Shown here: in pieces, positions 51,790 through 64,000 of the stretch
Numbering within the stretch: position 1 is the first letter of the stretch
Layout of the letters: every line of letters starts with the position of its first letter
From: Octopus vulgaris
Lineage: Eukaryota
Direction of reading: 5' to 3'
Length of the DNA stretch: 64,000 nucleotides
Assembly (NCBI GenBank): GCA_951406725.2
Contig: OX597825.1
Span: 46,748,001 to 46,812,000, forward strand
The notes under the pieces: generated by a model
What the model was told of the DNA's origin: nothing
The model's database searches: none
The model's input: only the letters and a program-made list of their open reading frames with translations
Translations under genes and position numbers: made by a program

Positions 51790-52445
51790 CTGCATTCTCA
51801 CTTAATGAATGGAAGGCTAGGTTTTTGCATTGTTTGTTTGCTTGCCCGTTCGTTGTTCTTGGTACAGTATTTACAGCCCATGATTAAGGATATTAGTTTC
51901 GCTGAGCCCCATGCATCCAGTGGAGCAGGTGGGCTGTGACAAGACAGCACCTAACTGGTTGGGACCTTTCCAACTTGAGGCGGGCGGTAGCTGTCCAGTG
52001 AGGCACAATGGCGTCTCTCTCTCCGTCGAAAGCGGTCCCTGGCGCCTTGCCCTTACGCCAATTATGTACAGGTTTACAACCGGTAGACTGCTGCCTTCCG
52101 TGTTTTACCTCCGCGATTAGACGGCGCTGGAGTGTCCTCTCCAGGGCGCTGGCCTGGGCAATTTTTCATGAAAGATTGGCAGTTACCCATGCAGCACATA
52201 TTCCCTTTCCACTGCCACCAGTGTTATCCAAGGGAAAGGCGGGGGTCAATACGACTTGGCAGCAGTGGGACCGCAGGAGTTGCCAGAACGAGGTTGTCTA
52301 CAGCATTGAACTGCCTTAGGGACTCTGGCTCCGGATTTATCCTCGGGGTTTAGCCCCGAAGCCTCCTCACAAAGCAAGCTTTGTGGGGTTGCCGGTTTAG
52401 TTGCTGATAGCCCGACACCTGGCACTTGTGATTCGATGGTTGGCA
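51790..52445 (-). mobile_element. RTE-type LINE 5' UTR-like fragment
   Basis: GC-rich block with GATAAATCCGGAG..GAGTCCCTAAGGCAG and GGCAACTCCTGCG, followed by a WNVRT-like relic near 51795-51810. Confidence 0.45.
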
Positions 52446-52451
52446 AAAAAA

Positions 52452-52453
<2 letters not shown>

Positions 52454-52504
<51 letters not shown>

Positions 52505-53170
52505 TATAATAATAATAATAACAATAATGCCGTGATGCAGTACCAGGCAGTGGCTCTCGTGGCTTCTGATCTTAACTGATTGGAAATGTTATCATGTACA
52601 TTGTTTTGTCTTGGTATAAAAGATGGGCTACAGCAAATATTCTGCTCAATACCACAGATTTGCTTGTCAGTTGTTTGACCTTAACCAGTTGACCATGTCC
52701 CTTAGTGACTGGCGATATGTGCATCTCTGATCAAGAGCAGAAGTAGTGGGGGAGCATCATAGCTATGTGTTGAGAGGGATTCTTTGGGGTTTGAATTATT
52801 CACCTCTGGAAACATGGGTGTTTCGTTCAACATCCTTAAATGACTCTTATTCAGGGACCTTTTGAGCGGGATGGGTTACTCGACCTGAAGAAAATTCTAA
52901 CTGGGCCCCACCTGCAAGGTCATGATCACTATGTCGCGGACATATGGTTGTGATGCATGTGCCTAGTGTACCCTTATCAGACGGGTAGTCATGATGGTTA
53001 TACTGGGCTTCGTATATTTTACCCCAGTGTCACTTTGATGACATGCACTGCTCTCTCGTTCAATAATAATAATAACAATAATAACAACAACAATAACAAC
53101 AACAACAACAACAATAACAATAATAATTATGATGATGATGATGATAATAATAATAATAATAATAATAATG

Positions 53171-53210
<40 letters not shown>

Positions 53211-53218
53211 TAATAATA
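52454..53218. repeat. (AAT)n tracts enclosing an unclassified interspersed repeat of about 530 bp (52528-53060)
   Basis: Complex-sequence block embedded in (AAT/AAC)n; no protein motif recognised. Confidence 0.6.
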
Positions 53219-53234
53219 CATTATTTACATTTGA

Positions 53235-53665
53235 CAGATATGACCAAGAACTGCGTGTACTCCATCCCATGCAGCTGTGGTAGGTTATACAAAAGCGAAA
53301 CATGCTGCCCCCTCAAAATAGGAGTAGAGGAACATCACAAAGCTGTGACACGGGGAGATATTGATAAATCGGGTATAGCTGATCATGTATGGAAAAATAG
53401 AGCCCCCCCCTGTGGGATGAAGTTAAAATAATAGACAGAGAACACCAATGGAAAATACGAAAACTGAAAAGAAGCAGCACATATACTAGGACACAACAAC
53501 CTCCTAAGCAGACCGAGTGCAGATATGAGCAGCATATGGGAACCGGTATTAAGAAAGGAAAGGAGAACATTAGACGTCTACTTTAAACCAACTGACTCGA
53601 AACAACATCTTCAGTTCTCTTCCTGCTCCCCAAAGCATGCTAAAATCAATATACTTTTCAACTTG
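53235..53665 (+). mobile_element. PLE fragments: GIY-YIG relic fused to an RT-thumb relic
   Basis: CVYSIPCSCGRLY..EEH..SGIADHVW, then DVYFKPTDSKQHL. Confidence 0.75.
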
Positions 53666-54974
53666 TGTGTGTGTGAATTTAATTGTGCTTGTGCTTGTGA
53701 TGATGGTGTCTGTGATAACGATTGTGCTAGTGTATTGGTGCATGTTGCTTGAAAACGTGTCTCACATTTGCTCAAATGTTCCAGTTTTTTGGTTGACACT
53801 TTTGTCTCTTTTTTCATTTTTTCTTTTTTACATTTGTTACAATTTGCCATTTGATTACTGTCGGTTATCTTCTCCAAACGATATGTTTGTGGGGTGTGAG
53901 TCTGGGAGAGTATGTCTTCTGGAGGTTTGTAGTATTGTTTTGTCAATATATTATAGTTCTTAATGTTTTGGGGTTTTCTTTTGCTGTTGTTATTGTTACT
54001 GCAATTGTTGATAAAGGTGCTGCAGTCACTTTTACAGGGGTTGTTACTGTTTTTTTTTTCGCGGTTGCTAGTTTTACTCTTGGTGTTGTTGATGCTGTAG
54101 TGACTGCCTGCCACTGTTGGAGCTGCTGCCATTTATGCTGTTGTCGTTGTGGCGGTGATGGTGCTGTTGTGGCTATCTTCCTGCTTTCCTCTCTTGCTGT
54201 AGACAAAATAACTTGGGGTAGTTTGTGTCACAACGCAAGTGACACCTAGTCTCCCTGCTCTCCATGAATAAGTATAGTTTTGTACGATCTCGCAGTTTGA
54301 TCAGAGCAGAGATGAATTTCATGCTTTCGTGATTCCTTTGCATCAATAGGTCCATCCCTTGGCCTGACCAAGTTTGTTTCTGCAGCCTCTGGACTTATGA
54401 AATATTGGTTTTGTCCTCTATATCAAAAAGACAGCTGTCACCGACAAATAGATGTTTATTTCTGGTGATACGTTAACTATTTGTATTTTGAATACCCTGC
54501 AGCCCAGGTAAGTTGCGGCGAAGAGGAGTTCGTCACACCTTACAGTTATTATGGAGTGTTTCCTGACCGCGTCCTCTGTAGAGAATCTCATTTCTACTAT
54601 ACCGTACTTTTTTCCTCTAGTGATGTACGTTTTCATACATCACTAGAGGAAAATTGGTCTGAGGCACTTTTCTGGCTAAAATTAATGTATACAACTGTTC
54701 AGAGGCTGGATAGATTCCAGGATGTTGAGCACGATATTTCGTCCACAGCTCATGAAAATGCTTTTTGCATTTTTGGTTCTTCCAAATTAAAAACAATGTA
54801 CACATATATACATACATACATGCATACATTCCTCCCTCTCCCCATACATACATACATCCCTCCATACATACATGCATACGGATGGACGTACATACACATA
54901 CACATACATATATATATGCATTATTTAAATAAGTATATGTATAAATGTACACATATTTCTTTTATATCTTTTAT

Positions 54975-55570
54975 GTGTTTCAGCCAGGTGGCTGTGGTCA
55001 TGCTGGAGCACCACCATGATTTTTTTCACTCTTTATTTTTGTACGCTCTCTGCAATCCTTCCGTGGTTCTTCTCCTCCGACTAATGTGATCCCATCAAAA
55101 TTGTCGTTGGCCCATCTGGTGTATGATAGAATTTGGCACTGCTGCCCTCGACTGTGCCTCATGTCGAGCCATTGGTATTTTGGTATTGTGGATAGGAGAG
55201 TGTCCAGTTTCTTTTTGAAGACTTCCACATCTATATCGTGTAAGTTTCTCAATTTTTTTGGCAGAGCATTGAAAAGCTGTGATCCTCTGAACCCTAGGCT
55301 ATTGCAGTACATAGTTCCTATGTTAGATGCATTGAACGGTAATTTCGGTACTATGCAATGACGTCCAGTACGAGCATTCATAGAACACTTGACACCAAAA
55401 TTAGGTACCAGCCCTTCCAGGATTTTCCACATGTAAATTATTACACATCTCTCACGTCTGCTCTCTAGGGAGGAGAGTCGTAGTTCTTTCAGCCTCTCCC
55501 TGTAGTTCATTTGTTGGACTGTAGCAATCATTTTAGTGTAGTGACGCTGGATTGCTTCAAGCTCCGTATA
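54975..55570 (-). mobile_element. CR1-like LINE 3' end
   Basis: YRERLKELRLSSLESRRER and QLFNALP; stem-loop tail at 54977-55015. Confidence 0.88.
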
Positions 55571-56421
55571 TATTCACTGCCTAGATTCCTATATGTCCCT
55601 CCCTCTTGCTTTCTCTATTTCTCTCCTTCTCCCTCCCTCTATTTTTGCCTCTGACGTCGCAAAAACAATGAAATTTTCCCCCAGAAAAAACAAAACAAAC
55701 CAAAACCAAAAAAAAAACAGTGACTTCTTAAGGGAACTAACCAACCGGTAGACGTCCATCTGGCAAAAACTGATTACCGTGTCCCTACAGGGAAGCCAAC
55801 CCGGCAGAACGCTGAACTTAACCAAAACAAAAATAGTTTGTTCGAAACGGAAAATATTCTTGATCAAAATAAAGTGACGTCACGAAACCTACAACCAATC
55901 AGAACTTGTTCCTTGACCTTGGTCGTCACCAGGAAGCCAACCAACCAAAATACAAAACTTTGCCAAAACAAATATATATTCTTTGACCAAAAACATCCAC
56001 GAGAAAAAAGGGCAATCAAAATTATAACCAATCAAAAATTAGATCCTTTCCCGTAAAAACTTACATATACTAAAAGATAGAACACAAAGTGTCTTCCGAT
56101 TCCAACAAGCCGGGAAAGGGGAAGAGACCAGTACACTGAAACTGAGACTGAAAAAAGAACTACGCGCACCACGACAGAAATTGTAGTAAAAAAAAAAGAC
56201 AAACGTTTTTCTTACTCTCTTTTTTCTCTACTTATTTTATAAAATCTCAATATGACTGAACTTACAGTAATGTACATTTGTTATGATCTTCGTCGAACAT
56301 TTACATTGATATTATTACCGATCCCTGTGAAACTCATTGAAATTTCTGTGAACATTTGAACACTTGATGGTTTAAACGTGTTTGTTCATACATACATACA
56401 TACATACATACATACATACAT

Positions 56422-56456
<35 letters not shown>

Positions 56457-56474
56457 AATACACACACATATATA

Positions 56475-57200
56475 TAAGAGACCAAAGTGTACATACGCCG
56501 CTATATGTTTTATATATAAAAAATACAAAATGGGACAAGAACGCAAAACATCCAGGTAGACAATACAAAGAAAACAAGGACTGGTCATTCGGAATTTTCT
56601 TTCCTCACTCGAGTTCCAGATTATCTTTGCAAGTTCGGCTGGTTATACTTGAGATTGCTCCAATCTGGCCAGACCTAAGGAAAAACTAAGCCAAGAGTAT
56701 TAGATTCCTTGGAAGAAAGCAGCGAATGTATACGAAAACAAGGACAGGAAAAAAGCGGAGAATGTTACACAAATACAAATAACAGGACATAACAACAGGT
56801 GTCTTTCGACTAAGGACGAATTAAATTAAACTGGCGTGTGTAGAAGTAAAGCCTTACGGTGGGGATACAAGGTTTCACAGGCACAGGGAGGAATATAGAT
56901 GTTACTCGGATGGCGGCTGAACCAAGAAAGAAAGGTCAGGCTTAGCCGAACACCGGTCACGTGGGGAGAGAAGAGAGAGAGGTAGAAGCAGAGGGACAGA
57001 AGAAATAAGGAGGGGAGAGAAAAAATGACAGGGACGCAGTGAAGTGAAAAGAGAAGGGAAAGTGAGCATGAAGAGAAGCCAAGGAAATGTGAGAGAGGGG
57101 GATCGAAAGAACGAAAAGTGGCATGACGAAGTAAACGTGAAAGGGCTGATAGAAAGAAGGAAAGAATAATAGAAAGAATAGAGTCCTTCGTTCATTCCAT
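56475..57200 (-). mobile_element. ORF-less PLE-type tail, family F3
   Basis: Homologous to 28215-28550 and 58715-58820; flanked by TA/TACA tracts. Confidence 0.55.
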
Positions 57201-57274
57201 ATATACATATATATATTATATGATATATCATAGATATATATATTATATATTTTTTTGCTGTAGTTTCAGCTCAA

Positions 57275-58570
57275 AAGTTAAAAACGCTCATAGAATTCGC
57301 GTATGCGCGCATGTACATACACATGCGCACACGCACACTCATGTACATGTGCCTATATGCACATGCTCACTCACACTCGCGTGAAACACATACATGCACA
57401 CACACACGCCTATATATGCACATATATATGCAACCATACACATGTACACATATACATATCCGCACACACGCACGCACACAAGTGCACATATCCATACGCG
57501 CACAATTATATTCATATACACGTCTAAATACGCACATGCTATATATGCATATGCTCACTGACACTCGCGTGAAAGACATGCATGTATACCTACATGCAAC
57601 CATACACATGTACACATATAGATACCCGCACACACGCACACACACACGCACACACACGCACACACGTATATATACTCATCCGCACACAAATATGTTTATA
57701 TACATGTCTATATACGCACATGCACAAGAAAAATGCAGGGTGAAAGGTAATATACAGAAAAATATGTAAAAATATATAAAGCAATAAAGATATATAAACA
57801 TTTCCCTAGATGTATCCTTAGATTTAAACCTTATAGGAAGCCCAACGATAGACTTAGTTATATTAATGTAGGTTCCTGCCACCACCCCATAGTGTTCAAA
57901 AATTTAGTTAAAAACATTAGCAAAAGAATTTGTGTGTGTGTGTGTGTGCATGTATATGTTTCACGCAAGTGTGAGTGAGCATGCGCATATAGGCACATGT
58001 ACGTGAGCATGCGCATATAGGCACATGTACGTGAGTGTGCGTGTGCGCATATGTATATATCTACATGTGCGCATACGCGAATTCCATGAGCGTTTTTAAC
58101 TTTTTTACTTTCTTTCCTTTGGTCATTCTAATAGCTCTTTTGTTTGTCTTATATAGACGTGTATATGAACATATTTATGTGCGGATGAGTATATATACGT
58201 GTGTATGTGTGTGTGTGTGTGCGTGTGTGCGGGTATCTATATGTGTACATGTGTATGGTTGCATGTAGGTATACATGCATGTCTTTCACGCGAGTGTCAG
58301 TGAGCATATGCATATATAGCATGTGCGTATTTAGACGTGTATATGAATATAATTGTGCGCGTATGGATATGTGCACTTGTGTGCGTGCGTGTGTGCGGAT
58401 ATGTATATGTGTACATGTGTATGGTTGACATAGTAATTTCCCTTTGTTTAATGGTCATTTTCACAGCATTTTCTGATTGTCTTAATAAATGACGAGATGC
58501 CGGAGCAGATTTCCGCCCCGACATCCGAAACTCGGAGTTTTATTACGGCAACCAAATAATTGTCACATGT
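57275..58570. mobile_element. Rearranged PLE tail with two inversions
   Basis: 57278-57405 is inverted at 57935-58100 and 57430-57715 at 58150-58427; same family as 11125-11555. Confidence 0.7.
58483..58545 (+). ncRNA. Hammerhead motif with C3 mutated to A
   Basis: TAATAA-ATGACGA-GATG..CATC-C-GAAA-CTCGGAG-TT-TTATTA. Confidence 0.6.
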
Positions 58571-58593
58571 ATTATAGTTATATATATTATATG

Positions 58594-58714
<121 letters not shown>

Positions 58715-58846
58715 ATAAATGTAAAAAAACACAAACTGGGACAAGAACGCAAAACATTTAGAAGACGATACAAAAAAACGATCTTCAGTCAAAAACCGGA
58801 TCATCTTCGCAATTTCGAACATACACGCAGGCACAGACACACACGC

Positions 58847-58882
<36 letters not shown>

Positions 58883-59029
58883 GTAGATATATATTTAAAA
58901 TATATATTAAGTAAGGAAAATAATTCTTTGAGAGGGGTGTATGAAACATCCGATTCACCGGTATAACTTATTGGATTGTCAATTGTATCTCTCTATTTAA
59001 TTTTATCACGCCAATATGTTTACTAAATA

Positions 59030-61665
59030 TTGGGGCTCTGTTGCATCACAACAGCAAAAGCAAAATTTTTTCCTGAGAGACCTGACTGCATACAATCAAG
59101 ACCTATGCATAGCACTCTTGGAAACTCACATGAGCTCTGATATAGAGGATGCAGAAGTACACGTATCAAAATATACCATACTGTGAACAGACAGAAGGAG
59201 AGGAGACATGGTGGAGTTGCTGTATACATCCATGAAGACCTCACACCCCAGGTTTTACTCTCATACTCAAATTCAGTATGTGTATACATAAGACAACACA
59301 ATATAGTCATATGCAACACATCGCTCACTATATGTTGCAAACCACATAGGCAAATTTGAAGATTACCTCACAAGAATCAAAGAAATCCTCATGAAACTGG
59401 AACACAGTGTGAGCGTATTTCTTATGGGTGATTTCAACTTTCTCAATATCAAATGTCCCAAAGGCCTCATGTTCTCAGCAAATACTCATTGCAATCAAGC
59501 ACAGGTGGAGTCCCTGCTCAACCTCACCAATGCCCTATTCATGGAACATGTTATGCTCAGACCAACTACGGCGAATGACATTTTGGATCTTCAACAAACA
59601 ATATAGACATCGTTCATGATGTGAAAGCGACACCGACATTTGTTTCGGATCACAAAATAATAGAGCTGTCTATGTTTGGACCAAAAGTAGCCAGAAACAT
59701 ACGGTCAAATGAAGCACCCAAAATCTCTCCAATCCGAACTTTCACAAAGCAAACTGGAAATCGATAAAAAAAAGAGATCCTCAGACAGGACTGGCCAAAA
59801 TGTCTCACCACATCAGACAATGGCATGAAACTAGAATATTTCACATCTGTTATGCAAACCATATGCCAGAAATATGTCCCAGGGCACAAGGCCAACACAA
59901 AAAGGAACAAGATTCCAAGAGAGAGAGGAGGTTCTTCACGAGAAGACGGACGAAGTTTGCAAATCGCTTTAACCAACATTCCAAAAGTAATGAAAGGTCC
60001 CGCCTAAAAACAACACTGATGGAGATTGAAAAAAGCCTGCAACAATCCTATGCGAGGAAGAGAGCAGACAAAGAAGCCTGGGTTATAAAAAAAACACATT
60101 AAGTCAAACCCAAAGGCCTTCTTTCATTAAACGAAAGAAACAGCCTCAGTACGCTGCAAAATAGGATCCCTCTTCCAAAAAGATGGCTCCCTCACAGATA
60201 GTCCAACCAGGATCAGTGAGGTACTGAGTGACCAGTTGAAAAGTGTCTTTAGTACCCCATTAAAACACAGATAAGTGAACGAGTCAGTGGATTTCTTTGC
60301 CGCCTCACCTATAACCAGCGAGTCAGTTGCGATGGATAACATCGACATTAGCGAAGAAGATATACTAATAGCCATAGACGAGGTGGATGCAAACTCAACT
60401 GCTGATCCTGAAGGTTTCCCAGCAATCCTCCTCAATTTGTGTAAGCGTGCCATGACGAGACCTCTATAGATTCTCTTCCAGAGCTTTCTTGCAAATGGCA
60501 GGCTGCCAAGTAAACTAAAGGAGAAAGCAGACCAAATGCAAAAACTATAGGCCTATCTCTCTGACTTCAAGCATCAGAAAAGTCATGGAACGGATAGTCA
60601 GAGGGAAACTAATCGCATTCCTTGAAGAAAACAACTTGCTGAGTGGTGTTCAATAGGGTACTGTTTTGGAACCACTGCTTTTCATAGTGGTCCTTTCAGA
60701 TATGCCCTCAGCTGCCCGGATAACCACCTTGCTAACTATGCAGACGATACGAAAGTTTCGCAGAAAATACAGAATTCCAGCGGTGTTGGACAGCAGGAGT
60801 TGGACTCAATTTACAGATGGGCTGAGGACAACAATATGCAGTTTAATGCTGAAAAATTCCAAGGCTTGCGCTACCAGCGTCAAAAACAGAATATAAAACC
60901 TACAGGGCACACTAGTCCATAGAGGATTACAATCCCAAAGCCTAAATCAGTGAGGGACCTGGGTATCGACATGATGGCAACAAAGTGCAGACGACTGGCT
61001 GGCTGGATCCTGAGAACGCTTAGAACCAGAGAGAAGGAAACCATGATGGCCCTATGGAAGACATTCGTCCTTAGCCGCTTGGATTGCTGCTCTCCGTGAT
61101 GGTCACCCAACAGTGTAAAATTAACAGCGGAGCTTGAAGCAATCCAGCGAATCTTCACAGAGAAGATCGTTTTAGCTACTGGGAAAGGCTGAAACAACTA
61201 AAACACTACTCCCTGGAGCGAAAGCGGGAGAGGCATGTAGTAATATACAGGAGAGGTATGCAGAAGAGCCTGGAAGGAATTGTGCCAAATTTTGGCATTG
61301 AAAGCTACACCAATGCCAGAACGGATCGACACTGTACAGTGCCAAAGATTCCAGCAATGCCATCGCGCTCCAGGACCAGTTACTGCAACAGCCTAGGTTT
61401 CAGGGTCCCACAGCTTTTTAATATTCTCCCAAAAGAGCCTGAGGGACCTACACAAAGTGGATGTAGGTGTTTTCAAATCAAAACTGGACCTCTTCCTGCC
61501 GAGAGTCCGAGATGAACCTACCTCACGGCAAGAGGGGCAAATAAGGGTAGCGACATCAAACTCCCTTATTCATGAAATGCCACATATTACAGGACGCTCT
61601 CAATAATAATAGTGTAGTAAAACAGAGGTGCTCCAGCATGGCCACAGTTTAGCTGAAACTAATAT
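59030..61665 (+). mobile_element. CR1-like LINE (APE + RT), decayed, with 3' tail
   Basis: HGGVAVY, MGDFN, SDH, NYRPISLT, GTVLEPLLF, YADDT and QLFNILP; tail GGTGCTCCAGCATGGCCACAG. Confidence 0.9.
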
Positions 61666-61699
61666 ATATAAATAGGACACTGAGACAATGTGATATAGC

Positions 61700-64000
61700 T
61701 TATTTAATGTTCTCATTTAGTGTGCTATTTATAGGATAGTGGGACTTAATGGGTTAATCCAACCACACTTGGAATCATTAGAGAAAATAATTAAAGTAGA
61801 GATGAAGGTACAAAAGGGTGAAAAAGAAAAAGAAGCTAGTGACCAAATAGAATCCGAGAAGGGTCAGGATAAGTATGAAAGAGAGGAACCAAACAAAGGA
61901 GACACCAACACTCTGGACGACTGAGTTCAAGAAGAGATCCAAAGCTCACCAGGAGAAACCAAAGATGAAGGCATGCGTGGAGGAGAAAACAGTAGCAAAA
62001 TAAAGCAGGAGAAACAAACGAAAACAAAGGCACCAGTGGGCCGGCAGGCTGAGAATGGATGTAGTCCCAAGGTGGGTTCACAAGGAAAATGAAATAGAAC
62101 CTGCAAATGTAAAAAAGGAAACCAAGCCTGTCTGCAAGTTCTATGTAAAGGGTACCTGCTGGCATGGTGGTATTGGGACAGGCGGCAGATTTGCTTATCC
62201 CCAATCCCATATGAGCAGTGCTCGTTCCACTCGCCTGAAGACCAAGTAGAACAGCCTCCAACGATACAGTATCAGATCACAAGATACCATTGTATCACAA
62301 TGGAAGTGTGTGGATGGAGCACACACTGCTCCTAGGAGGAAACAAATTGTCGATGCAGTGCAGATATCGGCTGCTGAACAGCAGGCTGTTTTGGAGGTTG
62401 CACAGAAAATTGTAAGGCAGCTGACCTGACTTCACCAGACATCCAATATGAGGAATAATTATCAGTACCCATGACCACTTCAAACAACAAAAGATCCGGG
62501 TGGCCACCTCTGACACCTCTGTGCATGTCAGACCAGTGGCCACTACCAACACCTTACATGTCACACCAGTATTCTTGCTGAACATCAGGGGCCTCGTAAC
62601 GTCCCAACATCGCAAAACACAGTACCTGAAAGACATAGTGGCATGTAATCAAGCAATATGTGTGTCACTAACAGAAACACATCTGAATGTGGACATATCA
62701 GATGCTGAAATGCACATACCAGGGTATGTTGTGTTTCGAACTGACAGGAGAGAAAGGACTCATGGTGGAGTGGCAATGTACATCTGGGAAAATGTCACGC
62801 CCGTGGTCCTGCTGTCAAACTCAAACACAGTTTGTGACACCTTGGTGGTACTCATTAAACAGATGAAACTACTAATATGTACCGTGTATCGCCCACCCGA
62901 TGCTCCAAATCATGGGGATTCATTTGAAGAGAGTCTCCAAGAAATGTGAAAAGTATTAACCAGCCTGGATGACATCCTGCACATACTTTTCTTAGAGAAT
63001 TTCAATCTTCCTTATGTCAAATGATCTGAGGGCCACCTTCTCTCAGGTATGTCACTGCATGACCTGAGGCATGCAGAATCTCTGCTTGACCTCACTAACA
63101 TACTCTTTATGGAGCAAATAGTGCTCCACCCAACTAGGGGAAAAATGTCCTGGACCCCTGTTTTACAAACAACACGGCGCTCATCCATAATGCTAGGGTG
63201 CTACCAACGATTTTCTCGGACCATAACTAAATAGAACTAACAACGTGTGGTCCGCAGAAGACTACAGACGTGCAGGCTACTAGAAGCACCCAACTCCTCT
63301 CCAGCTTGAACTTTCACAAAGCTGATTGGAAGGGTATCGAGAAAGATACCCTTCTGGTCTGCCAGTTTCTCTGACAGAAGACATGACAATCATGCATGAC
63401 ATCTGCAGTGAATTTGCTCCAGAGAGAATGCCAAGCCAGCAGAAAAATATAATACCCAGGGATAGGAGAATTCTAATGAGATGACGAGCAAAAATCACAA
63501 ATCGTCTAAATGGACAACTGAAGGATAACAAACGATCCTACCTAAAACTATCATTGTTCGAGATCGAAAACGGACTCTAACGCTTCCATGAAAAAGAGAG
63601 GGCAGAAAAGGAGGCCAGGGCTGTCAAAAATATTAAGACAAAAACTATAAATACGCAAAAGAATCTGCTTCAGTACGGTGCAAAATAGGGCTACAGCTTG
63701 AAGAAAATGGCTCACCGACTGCAGATCCCCAGAGGATCAGTGAAAAACTGAATGTGCAATACAAGGGTGCTTTCATCACTCCACTAGGACACTTGCGAGT
63801 AGCTATGCCTGATGAGTTCTTTGGCAATTATTGACAGCATCAACACAGAGGAAACTGATGAGATGAGCTCAAACTCAGCAACAGGTCCTGATGTATTCCC
63901 AGCAATCCTCCTAAAGAAATTCAAAGGGGCTCTAGCTAGATCACTTCATATTCTCTTCCAGAGCTTCCTCACAACAGGGAGACTTCCCAAAAAGTTAAAG
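61700..64000 (+). mobile_element. CR1-like LINE 5' part: ORF1 relic plus APE endonuclease, runs off the window
   Basis: CKFYVKGTCWHG (CCCH-like); LLNIRGL, LTETHL, RTDRRERTHGGVAMY and TVYRPP. Confidence 0.88.

Noticed and set aside
53611-54636. Minus-strand ORFs as a host gene
   Set aside because: Low complexity, broken frames and no consistent splice chain; possibly a LINE ORF1 relic but not supportable.
58921-58968. GGGTGT/ACATCC hairpin followed by ACCGGTA as an HHR
   Set aside because: Both core boxes are too degenerate.

Overview
AT-rich animal genomic DNA, most likely an octopus (inferred from its tRNA-derived SINE families and very high microsatellite load). The only host gene I can support is the 3' part of a spliced serine beta-lactamase/EstB-family gene on the + strand. 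It has five exons (707-812, 1502-1624, 5470-5639, 15171-15416, 35542-35715; 272 codons plus stop), all with GT-AG sites and matching phases. The rest is nested transposon debris: mariner DD34D, a Tc1-like DD37E element, Chapaev3-like and hAT-like DNA transposons, a Helitron 3' end, an 0.8-kb foldback, RTE and CR1-like LINEs, SINEs, and many Penelope-like element (PLE) fragments. The most striking hidden signal is RNA. I read about 18 hammerhead-ribozyme (HHR) motifs from more than ten different PLE-tail families, mostly short ORF-less tails lodged in (TA)n tracts and often in inverted pairs. They include U3-A8 core variants, one full three-stem type I HHR, and a recurrent reversed-order GAAA-N24/25-CUGANGA motif. 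All folds and TE boundaries were read by eye and need computational confirmation.
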